From an uncultured Gammaproteobacteria bacterium (GTDB lineage: Bacteria > Patescibacteriota > Microgenomatia > UBA12405), in the NCBI GenBank assembly GCA_964538765.1, contig CAZIHS010000001.1, positions 19,966-83,965 on the forward strand: a DNA stretch of 64,000 nucleotides. Direction: 5' to 3'. The first letter of the stretch is position 1. Each line of letters begins with the position of its first letter. Made by a program: the position numbers and the translations under genes. Of the stretch, positions 48,100-57,277 are shown one piece after another. The notes below the pieces were generated by a model. The model did not search any database, was not told the origin of the DNA, and saw only the letters and a list, made by a program, of their open reading frames with translations.

Positions 48100-48106
48100 A
48101 AGCTGT

Positions 48107-48382
48107 TTAGGTTTTTTCGATAACTTTTTTAACCATCCGGCCGTGACCTTTAAAGGTTCTGGTCGGAGAAAATTCTCCAAGCCGGTGACCAACCATATCC
48201 TCGGTAACATAAACGTCGATAAACTTCCGGCCGTTGTGTACCGAAAAAGTGACACCGACAAACTCAGGAGGAATTTGGCTGTGGCGGGCATAGGTTTTTA
48301 TAGCCTCAGTGCCTGATCTTTTGGCGACCTTGATTATCAATTTAGGATCAACGTATGGCCCTTTTTTGGAACTGCGTGACAT
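48107..48382 (-). CDS. rpsS: 30S ribosomal protein S19
   Basis: MSRS.KKGPYV, HNGR, MVGH.LGEF.PTR. Confidence 0.96.
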   Translation of the reverse strand: MSRSSKKGPYVDPKLIIKVAKRSGTEAIKTYARHSQIPPEFVGVTFSVHNGRKFIDVYVTEDMVGHRLGEFSPTRTFKGHGRMVKKVIEKT

Positions 48383-48385
48383 TTT

Positions 48386-49135
48386 TTACTTTTTGCGATG
48401 TTGAATAATTAAGCGGTTGGAATATTTTTTTCGTTTGCGGGTTTTTTTGCCCATAGCTGGTTTTCCCCACCGGGTTTTTGGATTCATACCAACAGAGCTT
48501 CGACCCTCTCCTCCTCCATGCGGATGAGAATGAGGATTTTGGGCAACACCTCTTACTTTTGGTCTTATACCCAGATGGCGGGATTGACCAGCTTTGGTTA
48601 ATTTTATGTTTGAGTGGTTTTCGTTGCCGATTTGACCGATAGTGGCCCGGGCGTCGGCAGGAAAAAGGCGGCTTTCGCCAGAGGGGAGTTTAATTACAAC
48701 CGAATTACCCTCGACACTTTGAACGAATGCTGAAGAACCGGCACTTTTTACCATTTTGGCGGGGCCTTTTGACTGGAATGTGATGGCGTGAATAGGAACG
48801 CCAACCGGAATGTTTCTAAGTTCAAGACAATTGCCGTCTTTTATGGCGACCTTGCTGCCAGAAACAACTTTCTGACCAACTTTTAATTTGGAAGGAGCAA
48901 GAATAAATGATTTGGAGCCGTCTTGATAGTGCAATAGCGCCAGACGCGAGGTGCGGTTGGGATCATATTCAATTGAAGCGACGGTGGCTAAAATGTTATC
49001 TTTTTGCCGCCACCAGTCAATTTGGCGAAGATAGCGTTTTTCTTCTCCGCCACGATGGCGGGAGGAAACATGACCGCGGGAATCACGTCCGCCGGTTTTT
49101 TTTCTAATTATAAATAATGATTTAAATTGTCCCAT
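48386..49135 (-). CDS. rplB: 50S ribosomal protein L2 (N-terminally shortened)
   Basis: GGR...G....RHRGG, IEYDPNR, KAG..R..G.RP.VRG.A.NP..HPHGGGEG. Confidence 0.95.
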   Translation of the reverse strand: MGQFKSLFIIRKKTGGRDSRGHVSSRHRGGEEKRYLRQIDWWRQKDNILATVASIEYDPNRTSRLALLHYQDGSKSFILAPSKLKVGQKVVSGSKVAIKDGNCLELRNIPVGVPIHAITFQSKGPAKMVKSAGSSAFVQSVEGNSVVIKLPSGESRLFPADARATIGQIGNENHSNIKLTKAGQSRHLGIRPKVRGVAQNPHSHPHGGGEGRSSVGMNPKTRWGKPAMGKKTRKRKKYSNRLIIQHRKK

Positions 49136-49137
49136 AA

Positions 49138-49443
49138 TTATTTAGTTTTGATGGTTAGCAAGGGAATTGTTTTGTCTTTTGGCAAAGTGATAATAGCCTT
49201 TTTTAAATTTGGCTTAACTATGGGACGGCGGCGGCGCCAGTTTGTTTTGATTTTGCCTTTTATGAAAACAGTGTTAACCTTGACCGGTTTAACAGAAAAA
49301 AGTTCGGTAAAAGCGGCGGCGATTTGATTTTTGGTGGCGTCGGCTTTTACAAAAAAACCATATTTTCCAGCCTGCTGTTGCTGATAGCTTTTTTCGGTAA
49401 TGATAGGTTTAATTAGAATTTTTTGTGGACTGGAGTAGGTCAT
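49138..49443 (-). CDS. rplW: 50S ribosomal protein L23
   Basis: P.ITEKS, A.K.QI, F.VK...VNT, KKAI.TL. Confidence 0.94.
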   Translation of the reverse strand: MTYSSPQKILIKPIITEKSYQQQQAGKYGFFVKADATKNQIAAAFTELFSVKPVKVNTVFIKGKIKTNWRRRRPIVKPNLKKAIITLPKDKTIPLLTIKTK

Positions 49444-49444
49444 A

Positions 49445-50077
49445 TTAGTTTTTGATTCGACTCCACGCCTGAGGAGTTAAAATTAGGCAGTCTAAGTTTG
49501 CCAAATAGTAATTACTTATTGAATTCAGATTGGCAATTGAAACGTATTTAAGGTTGGAAAAAGCACGTTTGACATTGGGCTGGCTCAACCTGGTAACAAC
49601 GCCGATCTTTTTGGAGTTTTTTAATGACGGATTGGAGGCCGAAAGTGAATCGACAAGCATTAAGGCGGCTTTGGTTTTTGGTTTAATTTGAGACAGTTTA
49701 TCGACGACAATAAGTTTGTTTTTGGAAATAAAATTGTCGATAATATAGGTCAGCGCTTTGTTTTTTTGCTTCTGAGTGATTCGTAGCTTGTAATTTCTCT
49801 GGCGTGGTCCGTGGACTACACCGCCGCCGACAAACTGAGGAGCTTTGCGCGAACCATGGCGGGCCCGGCCAGTACCTTTTTGGGCCCAAATTTTTTTGGT
49901 GCTTCCGGTAATTTCAGATCGGTTTTTTGTTTTTGCGCCGGCAGACCGCTGATTACTACGATAGACACGAACAGACTGTGACAAAGTGGCGGCGCCTTTT
50001 TTGGTGTCAGCCGAGACGTTGCTAATGGTCAGCTGTCTTAGTATTTTGCCTTCCAAATTGTATATCGGGAGTTTCAT
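49445..50077 (-). CDS. rplD: 50S ribosomal protein L4
   Basis: TK.RSE..G..KK.W.QKGTGRARHGS, GGG..HGP. Confidence 0.95.
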   Translation of the reverse strand: MKLPIYNLEGKILRQLTISNVSADTKKGAATLSQSVRVYRSNQRSAGAKTKNRSEITGSTKKIWAQKGTGRARHGSRKAPQFVGGGVVHGPRQRNYKLRITQKQKNKALTYIIDNFISKNKLIVVDKLSQIKPKTKAALMLVDSLSASNPSLKNSKKIGVVTRLSQPNVKRAFSNLKYVSIANLNSISNYYLANLDCLILTPQAWSRIKN

Positions 50078-50079
50078 TA

Positions 50080-50703
50080 TTAGATTTTATAAATGGTGAC
50101 CCAGGAATTATAATGACCTGGAACCGAGCCGGAGATGATAATTTGGTTTAGTTGAGTATCAACAGAAATGATTTTTAAATTTGGGACAGTTTTCTTAATA
50201 TGACCGTAATGACCAGGCATTTTTTTCCCTTTAACAACTTTGCCGGGAGTTTGGGCACCGATAGATCCGGGGGCCCTGACCCGATCAGATTGGCCACCGG
50301 TGACAGGACCGCGGTGAAAACCGTGACGCTTGATAACGCCGCTAAAACCATGCCCCTTGGTGGTTCCAGCCACATTAACCAAATCCCCTTCTTTTAGAAT
50401 GGTGTCGGGAGTTATTTCAGCTCCAACTTTGGGAACATCGGCGGGATTGGCGAGTTCAAATTCCTGAAATTTTAAGGGTTTAATATCAATTTTCAGTTTT
50501 TTCAATTTTTCGGCGGTGGCCCGGTCGTTATTTTTGCGCTGACCATAGGCGACCTGAACGGCTGAATAGCCGTCTTTATCGGGGGTTTTTATTTGAGTAA
50601 CAACTAGAGGCTGGTAGGAACAGACCGAGACCGATATCTGCCGGCCATTTTCAAGAAAATGCCGAGACATATGCCCTTTTTTAACAACAAATCCCTTTAT
50701 CAT
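50080..50703 (-). CDS. rplC: 50S ribosomal protein L3
   Basis: DGYSAVQ, KG.GF.GVIKRH, R.PGSIG, KGKKMPGH.G. Confidence 0.95.
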   Translation of the reverse strand: MIKGFVVKKGHMSRHFLENGRQISVSVCSYQPLVVTQIKTPDKDGYSAVQVAYGQRKNNDRATAEKLKKLKIDIKPLKFQEFELANPADVPKVGAEITPDTILKEGDLVNVAGTTKGHGFSGVIKRHGFHRGPVTGGQSDRVRAPGSIGAQTPGKVVKGKKMPGHYGHIKKTVPNLKIISVDTQLNQIIISGSVPGHYNSWVTIYKI

Positions 50704-50705
50704 AG

Positions 50706-51020
50706 CTACATCTTAACTTCAATGTCGACACCCGAGGGCAAATCGAGATGCTGAAGGCTGTCAACAATACGAAGACTGGAATTATAAATATCGATAAGCC
50801 GCTTGTGGATACGGATCGAATAATGTTCCTGGGCGTTTTTATCGGTGTGGGGACTGGTTAAAACGTTTAGTCGCTTTTTTGAGGTGGGAAGGGGAATAGG
50901 ACCCTGGACTTTGGCTCCAGCGGTAACTGCAGCTTCGACTATTTTTATGGCCGCCTGATCGATAATCCGATGATCAAACGATTTGAGCCGAATCCTGATA
51001 CGGTTACCTTTAGATGTCAT
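50706..51020 (-). CDS. rpsJ: 30S ribosomal protein S10
   Basis: IRIRLK.FDH, GPIPLPT, SPH, HKRLIDI. Confidence 0.96.
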   Translation of the reverse strand: MTSKGNRIRIRLKSFDHRIIDQAAIKIVEAAVTAGAKVQGPIPLPTSKKRLNVLTSPHTDKNAQEHYSIRIHKRLIDIYNSSLRIVDSLQHLDLPSGVDIEVKM

Positions 51021-51044
51021 ATTTTAAAAAGAGCTAAAAAAGTA

Positions 51045-52217
51045 TTACTTGATTATTTTGGTGATGACTCCAGCGCCAACTGTTAACCCACCTTCGCGAA
51101 TTGCGAACCGACGACCAGATTCCATAGCCACCGGTTTTATTAATTTAACTGTAACCTTGGCATTATCACCAGGCATTATCATTTCAACGCCGGTTTGCAG
51201 TTCAACTGAACCAGTGACATCGGTGGTGCCGATGAAAACCTGTGGTCGATAACCATTGAAAATTGGGGTGTGTCGGCCTCCTTCTTCTTTTTTAAGTAGA
51301 TATATTTCTGCCTCAAAGTCGGTATGAGGAGTAATGGTGCCCGGTTTGGCAAGAACCTGGCCTCTTTCGATATCTTCCTTTTCAACTCCACGAAGCAAAA
51401 TGCCGACATTGTCACCGGCCTGACCCTGGTCGAGAGTTTTGTGAAACATTTCAACACCAGTAACAACACTCTTTTTGGTTTCTCTAAGACCGACGATTTC
51501 AACTTCTTCATTGACATTGACCTTGCCTCTTTCAATTCGGCCGGTAGCAACTGTACCCCGTCCTTTAATTGAAAAAACGTCCTCGATGGGCATTAAAAAG
51601 GGCTGATCAAGGTCGCGTTTTGGTTCCGGAACAAAATTGTCGAGAGCTTCTACTAGTTTTTTGATTGACTCAACGGCGGCCGGATCCCCTTCCAGGGCTT
51701 TAAGGGCTGAGCCGCGAATAATGGGAGTTTCGTCACCCGGATAATTGTACTTTTTTAAAAGATCACGGATTTCCATCTCAACCAGCTCAAGGAACTCGGG
51801 GTCTTCAACCAGATCCACTTTATTGAGATAGACAACCAAGGCAGGAACATTGACTTGATTGGCCAGAAGAACGTGTTCGCGGGTTTGAGGCATTGGACCA
51901 TCGGGGGCAGAAACAACAAGGATGGCTCCGTCCATTTGAGCGGCGCCTGTGATCATGTTCTTAACGTAGTCGGCGTGACCAGGACAGTCGATATGAGCAT
52001 AGTGACGTTTTTCAGACTCGTATTCGAGATGAGAAATCGCGATGGTAACTATTTTTGAAGCGTCCCTGACAGTTCCCCCTTTTGCAATATCGGCGTATGA
52101 CTTTGGGTTTCCCTGAACTTTGGCGATTGCGGCCGAAAGAGTGGTTTTCCCATGGTCGACGTGACCAATAGTGCCAACATTAATGTGTGGTTTTGTTCTT
52201 TGAAATGTACCAGCCAT
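51045..52217 (-). CDS. tuf: elongation factor Tu (atypical switch I)
   Basis: [46 protein letters not shown]. Confidence 0.97.
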   Translation of the reverse strand: MAGTFQRTKPHINVGTIGHVDHGKTTLSAAIAKVQGNPKSYADIAKGGTVRDASKIVTIAISHLEYESEKRHYAHIDCPGHADYVKNMITGAAQMDGAILVVSAPDGPMPQTREHVLLANQVNVPALVVYLNKVDLVEDPEFLELVEMEIRDLLKKYNYPGDETPIIRGSALKALEGDPAAVESIKKLVEALDNFVPEPKRDLDQPFLMPIEDVFSIKGRGTVATGRIERGKVNVNEEVEIVGLRETKKSVVTGVEMFHKTLDQGQAGDNVGILLRGVEKEDIERGQVLAKPGTITPHTDFEAEIYLLKKEEGGRHTPIFNGYRPQVFIGTTDVTGSVELQTGVEMIMPGDNAKVTVKLIKPVAMESGRRFAIREGGLTVGAGVITKIIK

Positions 52218-52270
52218 GTTTTTTGATTTATTTGGACAAATTAATAAAATAGCAAGAAAAATGCTTTAAG

Positions 52271-52299
52271 ATTTTAACAGTAGCAAGCGCCGTTTGCAA
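52271..52299 (-). promoter_or_regulatory. promoter for tuf and S10 operon
   Basis: TTGCAA-17 nt-TAAAAT with extended -10 TG on minus strand. Confidence 0.7.
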
Positions 52300-52312
52300 C
52301 AAAGCAAAAGGT

Positions 52313-54415
52313 TTATTTAGTTACCGCCGTAGTTAACTCTTCCTGAACGTCTCGAGGAACAGGGTCATAGTGCGATGGTTCCATGTAAAAGTTACCTCGA
52401 CCTTGAGTCAGGCTTCGAAGATCAGTGGCATAACTGTGAAGGTTTGCCAAAGGGACGCTTGATAAAATTTGGGTAAAGCCAAAACTGTCGGTAGTGCCCT
52501 GAATCATGCCCCGGCGGGAAGAGAGATCGCCCATCACCGGCCCCAGAAATTCTGAGGGAGTGTTGACCTCCATTTTCATGATAGGCTCGAGAATTATCGG
52601 CTTGGCCAGAGTAAAGGCGTCTTTAACGGCATAAGAACCGGCCAGTTTGAAAGCCGCTTCGGACGAGTCGACCTCGTGGTAAGTGCCGTCGTAAACCGTG
52701 ACTTTGATATCGGTGGCAGGAAAACCGGCAATGATACCCTTTTGAAGAGTCTCTCTCACACCTTTTTCAATGGCTGGAATAAAATTGGCAGGAATAGCAC
52801 CACCCTTGACACCGTTTACAAACTCAAATCCTTCACCCCGATTTTTTGGTTCAATTTTTAGTTTGCAATGACCATATTGGCCGTGACCGCCAGATTGGTG
52901 AATGTATTTACCTTCCCCCTGTGCAGGCGCAGTGATTGTTTCCCGATAGGCAACCTGGGGAGCGCCAACCTTAACATTTACCCCAAACTCTCTTTTTAGA
53001 CGGTCGACGACTATTTCGAGATAAAGTTCGCCCATGCCCGAAATAATTGTTTGCCCAGTTTCATGGTTATGTGAAACCCGGAAGGTGGGATCTTCGATAG
53101 CCAGGCGGTTTAGGGCTGCTCCCATTTTCTCCTGATCGTCAGAAGTTTGAGGCTCGATTGAGAGAGAGATGACCGGATCGGCAAATTGGATTGGGGAAAG
53201 CGAGAGAAGGGCGTTTTTGTCACATAAGGTATCACCGGTAGTTGATTCTTTTAATCCAATGCAAGCGACAATTTCGCCGGCAAAACCCTCTTCAATACCT
53301 TCTCTTTTGTCAGCGTGCATTAATAGCAGCCGACCAATTCTTTCAGTGGTTTTTTTGGTGGAGTTGTAGACATCGCTTCCAGATTTGAGGGTGCCTGAAT
53401 AAACACGGACATAAGACAAGGTGCCAACGTGAGGGTCGGACTGAACCTTAAAAAGAAGAGCCGACAGAGGTTCTGAATTTTCTGGTTTACGGGTAATTAT
53501 TTCTTGAGTGTTAACATCATAGCCCTCGGTGGGGGGCAGATCGATTGGGGAAGGAAGGTAGTCGACGATGCCGTCGAGAACGGGGTGGATGCCTTTATTC
53601 CGCCAAGCGGCACCGCAGTAAACCGGGAACAGTTTTCGGGCAATAGTGGCTCGACGAAGCGCTGATTTAAGTTCTGGAACCGATATTTCCTGTTCGTTTA
53701 AAAATTTATCCATTAATAAGTCGTCGGTTCCGGCGATTTTTTCAACCATTTGGGCCCGGGCTTTTTGGGCCTCAGACAAATACTGATCACTTACGGGAGA
53801 TACACTAAACTCCATCCCCTGCTCGTCTTTGTCATAAACAACCATTTTCATTTCCATCAGGTCAATGACACCAGTGTGGGCGTGTTCCTGGCCGACAGGA
53901 ATAACAACCGGAACGATTGGGGCCCTAAGTTTGTCAGTGATGCTTTTAAGGGTAAGGGAGAAACTGGCACCAACTTTGTCCATTTTATTAACAAATGCAA
54001 TGCGGGGAACACCATATTTGTCGGCCTGCCGCCAAACGGTTTCCGACTGGGCTTGAACACCGGCGTTACCGTCAAAAATCATAATGGCGCCATCAAGAAC
54101 ACGCAGAGAGCGTTCAACTTCGGCAGTGAAGTCGACATGTCCGGGAGTGTCGATAATATTGAGTCGGTAGTCTTTCCAGTAGGTGGTGATACAGGCTGAC
54201 TGTATTGTTATGCCACGCTCTTTTTCCTGAATCATGCTGTCGGTGGTGGTGGTGCCTTCATCAACCGAGCCGATTTTGTGAATTTTACCGGTATAGAATA
54301 GTATCCGCTCGGTAGTGGTGGTCTTGCCACCATCAATGTGGGCGATTATGCCGATATTGCGGACTTTATCTATCGGGACAATCCGGTTTTTTGTAACTTT
54401 AATTGCGTCAGCCAT
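52313..54415 (-). CDS. fusA: elongation factor G
   Basis: RNIGI.AHID.GKTTTTERIL, ERGITI, DTPGHVDF, NKMD, EDPTF, PQVAYRE, H.VDSSE. Confidence 0.97.
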   Translation of the reverse strand: MADAIKVTKNRIVPIDKVRNIGIIAHIDGGKTTTTERILFYTGKIHKIGSVDEGTTTTDSMIQEKERGITIQSACITTYWKDYRLNIIDTPGHVDFTAEVERSLRVLDGAIMIFDGNAGVQAQSETVWRQADKYGVPRIAFVNKMDKVGASFSLTLKSITDKLRAPIVPVVIPVGQEHAHTGVIDLMEMKMVVYDKDEQGMEFSVSPVSDQYLSEAQKARAQMVEKIAGTDDLLMDKFLNEQEISVPELKSALRRATIARKLFPVYCGAAWRNKGIHPVLDGIVDYLPSPIDLPPTEGYDVNTQEIITRKPENSEPLSALLFKVQSDPHVGTLSYVRVYSGTLKSGSDVYNSTKKTTERIGRLLLMHADKREGIEEGFAGEIVACIGLKESTTGDTLCDKNALLSLSPIQFADPVISLSIEPQTSDDQEKMGAALNRLAIEDPTFRVSHNHETGQTIISGMGELYLEIVVDRLKREFGVNVKVGAPQVAYRETITAPAQGEGKYIHQSGGHGQYGHCKLKIEPKNRGEGFEFVNGVKGGAIPANFIPAIEKGVRETLQKGIIAGFPATDIKVTVYDGTYHEVDSSEAAFKLAGSYAVKDAFTLAKPIILEPIMKMEVNTPSEFLGPVMGDLSSRRGMIQGTTDSFGFTQILSSVPLANLHSYATDLRSLTQGRGNFYMEPSHYDPVPRDVQEELTTAVTK

Positions 54416-54440
54416 AGAAATTCTATTTTAATGAAAAAAT

Positions 54441-54460
54441 AACTGTCGGGAACGACAGTT
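54441..54460 (-). promoter_or_regulatory. hairpin in the fusA 5' region
   Basis: AACTGTCG-TTCC-CGACAGTT followed by ATTTTTT on minus strand; TG-a-TAACAT just upstream. Confidence 0.55.
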
Positions 54461-54521
54461 TGTTCTTGATATGTTATCACGAGCAGATTTAGTTAGCCAT
54501 AGGATGAGGTACAATTGAAAG

Positions 54522-55856
54522 ATGGTGACAAGAAAAGAAGTGGGGATTATCGGTGGAGGAATTACAGGACTGGTTGCAGCCTATAGGCTGAGTCAAAAGG
54601 GTTATAAAGTAACAGTGCTGGAAAAAAGTATGGATTTGGGCGGGTTGGCGGGAGGTTTTAAACTGGGAGGAGAGAGTATAGAAAAGGCGTATCACCATAT
54701 TTTTCAAACAGACAAAGACATTATCAAATTGACCGATGAGCTGGGTTTGGCTGATAAGCTGGAGTGGAAAAAAGGTTCGATTGGGATGTTTGTCAACAGT
54801 AAGTTGTGGCCCTTTATGACACCGAAGGACCTGCTTAATTTTAGTCCATTGGGTTTTTTTGACAAATTAAGGTTAGGATTGATAAAGATTTTGCTCGAAA
54901 ATGATAAAGGCTGGGAAAAGTATGTTGGAGTCAGGGCCGGCAGCTGGATGCGAAAATGGGGTGGAGAAAAAAATTACCGGATTGTTTGGGAACCGTTGTT
55001 AAGAGGTAAGTTTCACCATTATCACGAAAATGTGTCGATGGCTTGGCTGTGGGCCAGAATTCACACCCGGGGTAATTCAAAAGCCAAAGGCGAAACTGAA
55101 GAAAAACTGGGGTATTATCGGGGTGGATTTCAAGTACTAGTTGATGAACTGGCCAAAAGAATCAAAGAAAATAAAGGTGATATTATCACCGGAGTCGCGG
55201 TTCAAAAAATATCAAGAAGAAACGATAAGAAGCTGGTGGTGGAATGGAAAGAGAAAAACAAATATGACTGTAAAAATGTTTTTGATAGTGTTGTCGCAGC
55301 GGTTCCTTCTGATGTTTTGGCTTCTTTTTTAAAAGGGGAATCAGAGCTTGATGGTGAGGTTTTAGAATTTACTAGAATGTTAAGATCAATCGACTATTTG
55401 GGCTCAATTGTGGTGGTGTTCTCTACAAACCAATCATTAAGCCGGTTATATTGGCATAACGTTAATGACGTTAACTCTCCATTTTTGGCTTTTATCCAAC
55501 ACACAAACTTGATTGGAAACGAAAGATATGGTGGAAAACATGTTTATTATATGGGAAATTATTTACCGCACGATCACCGGTATTTTGGTGAGTCGGATGA
55601 GAAGATTTATAAGGAATTTTTCGGATATCTAAAAAAACTCTTCCCTCAATTTGAGCCCAGTAAGGTTTTGGAAAAATACCTTTTTAGACTAAACCGGTCC
55701 CAGCATGTGGTTGATACAAACTATATAAACAGAATTCCAGGTTATAAAACGCCGATAGATGGGCTTTTTTTGGCAAACTTTTCGCAAATTTTTCCGGAAG
55801 ATAGAGGGACTAACTTTGCGGTCCGCGAGGGTGAGAAAGTGGCCAAGATGATTTGA
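54522..55856 (+). CDS. FAD-dependent oxidoreductase (amine oxidase/protoporphyrinogen oxidase-like)
   Basis: GIIGGGITGL.AA..L...G..V.VLE...LGGLA, YHHIF, LGY..GGF, P.DRG.N. Confidence 0.88.
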   Translation: MVTRKEVGIIGGGITGLVAAYRLSQKGYKVTVLEKSMDLGGLAGGFKLGGESIEKAYHHIFQTDKDIIKLTDELGLADKLEWKKGSIGMFVNSKLWPFMTPKDLLNFSPLGFFDKLRLGLIKILLENDKGWEKYVGVRAGSWMRKWGGEKNYRIVWEPLLRGKFHHYHENVSMAWLWARIHTRGNSKAKGETEEKLGYYRGGFQVLVDELAKRIKENKGDIITGVAVQKISRRNDKKLVVEWKEKNKYDCKNVFDSVVAAVPSDVLASFLKGESELDGEVLEFTRMLRSIDYLGSIVVVFSTNQSLSRLYWHNVNDVNSPFLAFIQHTNLIGNERYGGKHVYYMGNYLPHDHRYFGESDEKIYKEFFGYLKKLFPQFEPSKVLEKYLFRLNRSQHVVDTNYINRIPGYKTPIDGLFLANFSQIFPEDRGTNFAVREGEKVAKMI

Positions 55857-55858
55857 AA

Positions 55859-57250
55859 CTATTCGTCGGTGGTTGTTTCTGCCGAGGTGGGTGTTGATTT
55901 AGGGCTGGGGATGGCTTTTTCGGAAGAAGCCGAGCTTAGGTCGACCCCAATAACGAAAACAACGTCATAGGGAGAGCTGCTTTTAAGGGTTTCTTCAACG
56001 GTGGCATCAAATTTGGGGGAAAGTGAACTTTCAAAATAGCGGCCATATTTTTCAGTCATGCCGGTTTTAACCCGGATGGTGTTTGAGGTAGCTTTTTCGG
56101 GACTATTGCCAACGGCGATGCTTTTGAAACCCAGCTTTAATATTATTTCTTTAAGAGTGGCTGCCTGACCGTTTATGTCGGTTGCATTTAAGACCTGTAA
56201 TTTAAGGTCTTTGCTGATGTCGGCCAAGGTTGGAACTGGAGTTTCAGTGGGGCTGATTTCAACCACTTCGGTTGGAGTCAGGTTCTCTTCGCCGCCAGGA
56301 GTTTCTAGATTGGCGGCAGAGTTGCGATTTAATACAAACCAGATAATGATTGAGGCGAGGGCGGCGGTAAAAATAAAAACAGCGACGATTGGGAGAACGT
56401 TTCTTTTTGGTTCCATTTTGGGAGGAGATAAATTATTAGTTGTTGGTTTAATTATATCAGAGGGTTTTAGAAAAGTTGCCAACACCGGTAATGGAATGTC
56501 GCTGGTCTTACCCGCTCTGGCTGATAAATCGCCTTCGTTGAAGGTCGAAACGGCCAGGTTGTTTTGACTGGAAACACGATGGGGAAAGTTCTCGGGCATA
56601 AACAAACGGTTGACTGATTGGCCAAAATATTGTTTGGAAAAATTAACGTTTTTTTGAATGTCTATTTTTGAGCTCTTCAATACCTGGCTGAGGTAGACGA
56701 CATTATTGTTGGCTAAGACCAGAAGCGAACTTTGTTTGTTTAGAGGGTAAAGCAGGAAATATTGACCCGAAGTGGATAAAGAGAAGGAGTTAATGCAGGC
56801 CTGGGACAAAGGAATTAGATTGAGAGGAAGCTGACTTATCTGGCTAAAATTGCTTTTTAGAATATCAATTGTTTTTTGGTCGTATATTACCGTTTTAATT
56901 AATAGTTTGCCGTCTTGGCTAATGAGATTAAAGTCCACATAGTCGGGAACTACATCAAAAGGGCAAAGCGGGCGGGAAAGGTCGGCCACAAATTTTTGAC
57001 TGACAGTTTCGGGTGAGTCCTCGTAGATAAATGAGCGGCAAAAAACCGCATCATCGGGGACGATAACGTCGATTGATTTTGGCTTGAGGTCTTTAAAAAG
57101 ATTAGCGAGAGTTTCGAGGTCTTTTTGGGTTTTTTTCTCCCAAAGACTTAAGTCCAGGGTAATAAGATAGTTGCTTTTTCGATTGACAAAGATGTCGAGA
57201 CGGTCGGGCTTTGGCCAAAAGGTGGCTTTGGATGGTGAAGAAAATAGCAT
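55859..57250 (-). CDS. membrane protein with C-terminal LytR_C-like domain and possible PilM-like N-terminal domain
   Basis: Central TM; LQVLNAT.I.G.A.....L...GF....VGN and YDVVFVIG.D match LytR_C. Confidence 0.7.
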   Translation of the reverse strand: MLFSSPSKATFWPKPDRLDIFVNRKSNYLITLDLSLWEKKTQKDLETLANLFKDLKPKSIDVIVPDDAVFCRSFIYEDSPETVSQKFVADLSRPLCPFDVVPDYVDFNLISQDGKLLIKTVIYDQKTIDILKSNFSQISQLPLNLIPLSQACINSFSLSTSGQYFLLYPLNKQSSLLVLANNNVVYLSQVLKSSKIDIQKNVNFSKQYFGQSVNRLFMPENFPHRVSSQNNLAVSTFNEGDLSARAGKTSDIPLPVLATFLKPSDIIKPTTNNLSPPKMEPKRNVLPIVAVFIFTAALASIIIWFVLNRNSAANLETPGGEENLTPTEVVEISPTETPVPTLADISKDLKLQVLNATDINGQAATLKEIILKLGFKSIAVGNSPEKATSNTIRVKTGMTEKYGRYFESSLSPKFDATVEETLKSSSPYDVVFVIGVDLSSASSEKAIPSPKSTPTSAETTTDE

Positions 57251-57277
57251 CAGTATTAGTAGTATGAGAAAAATCGC

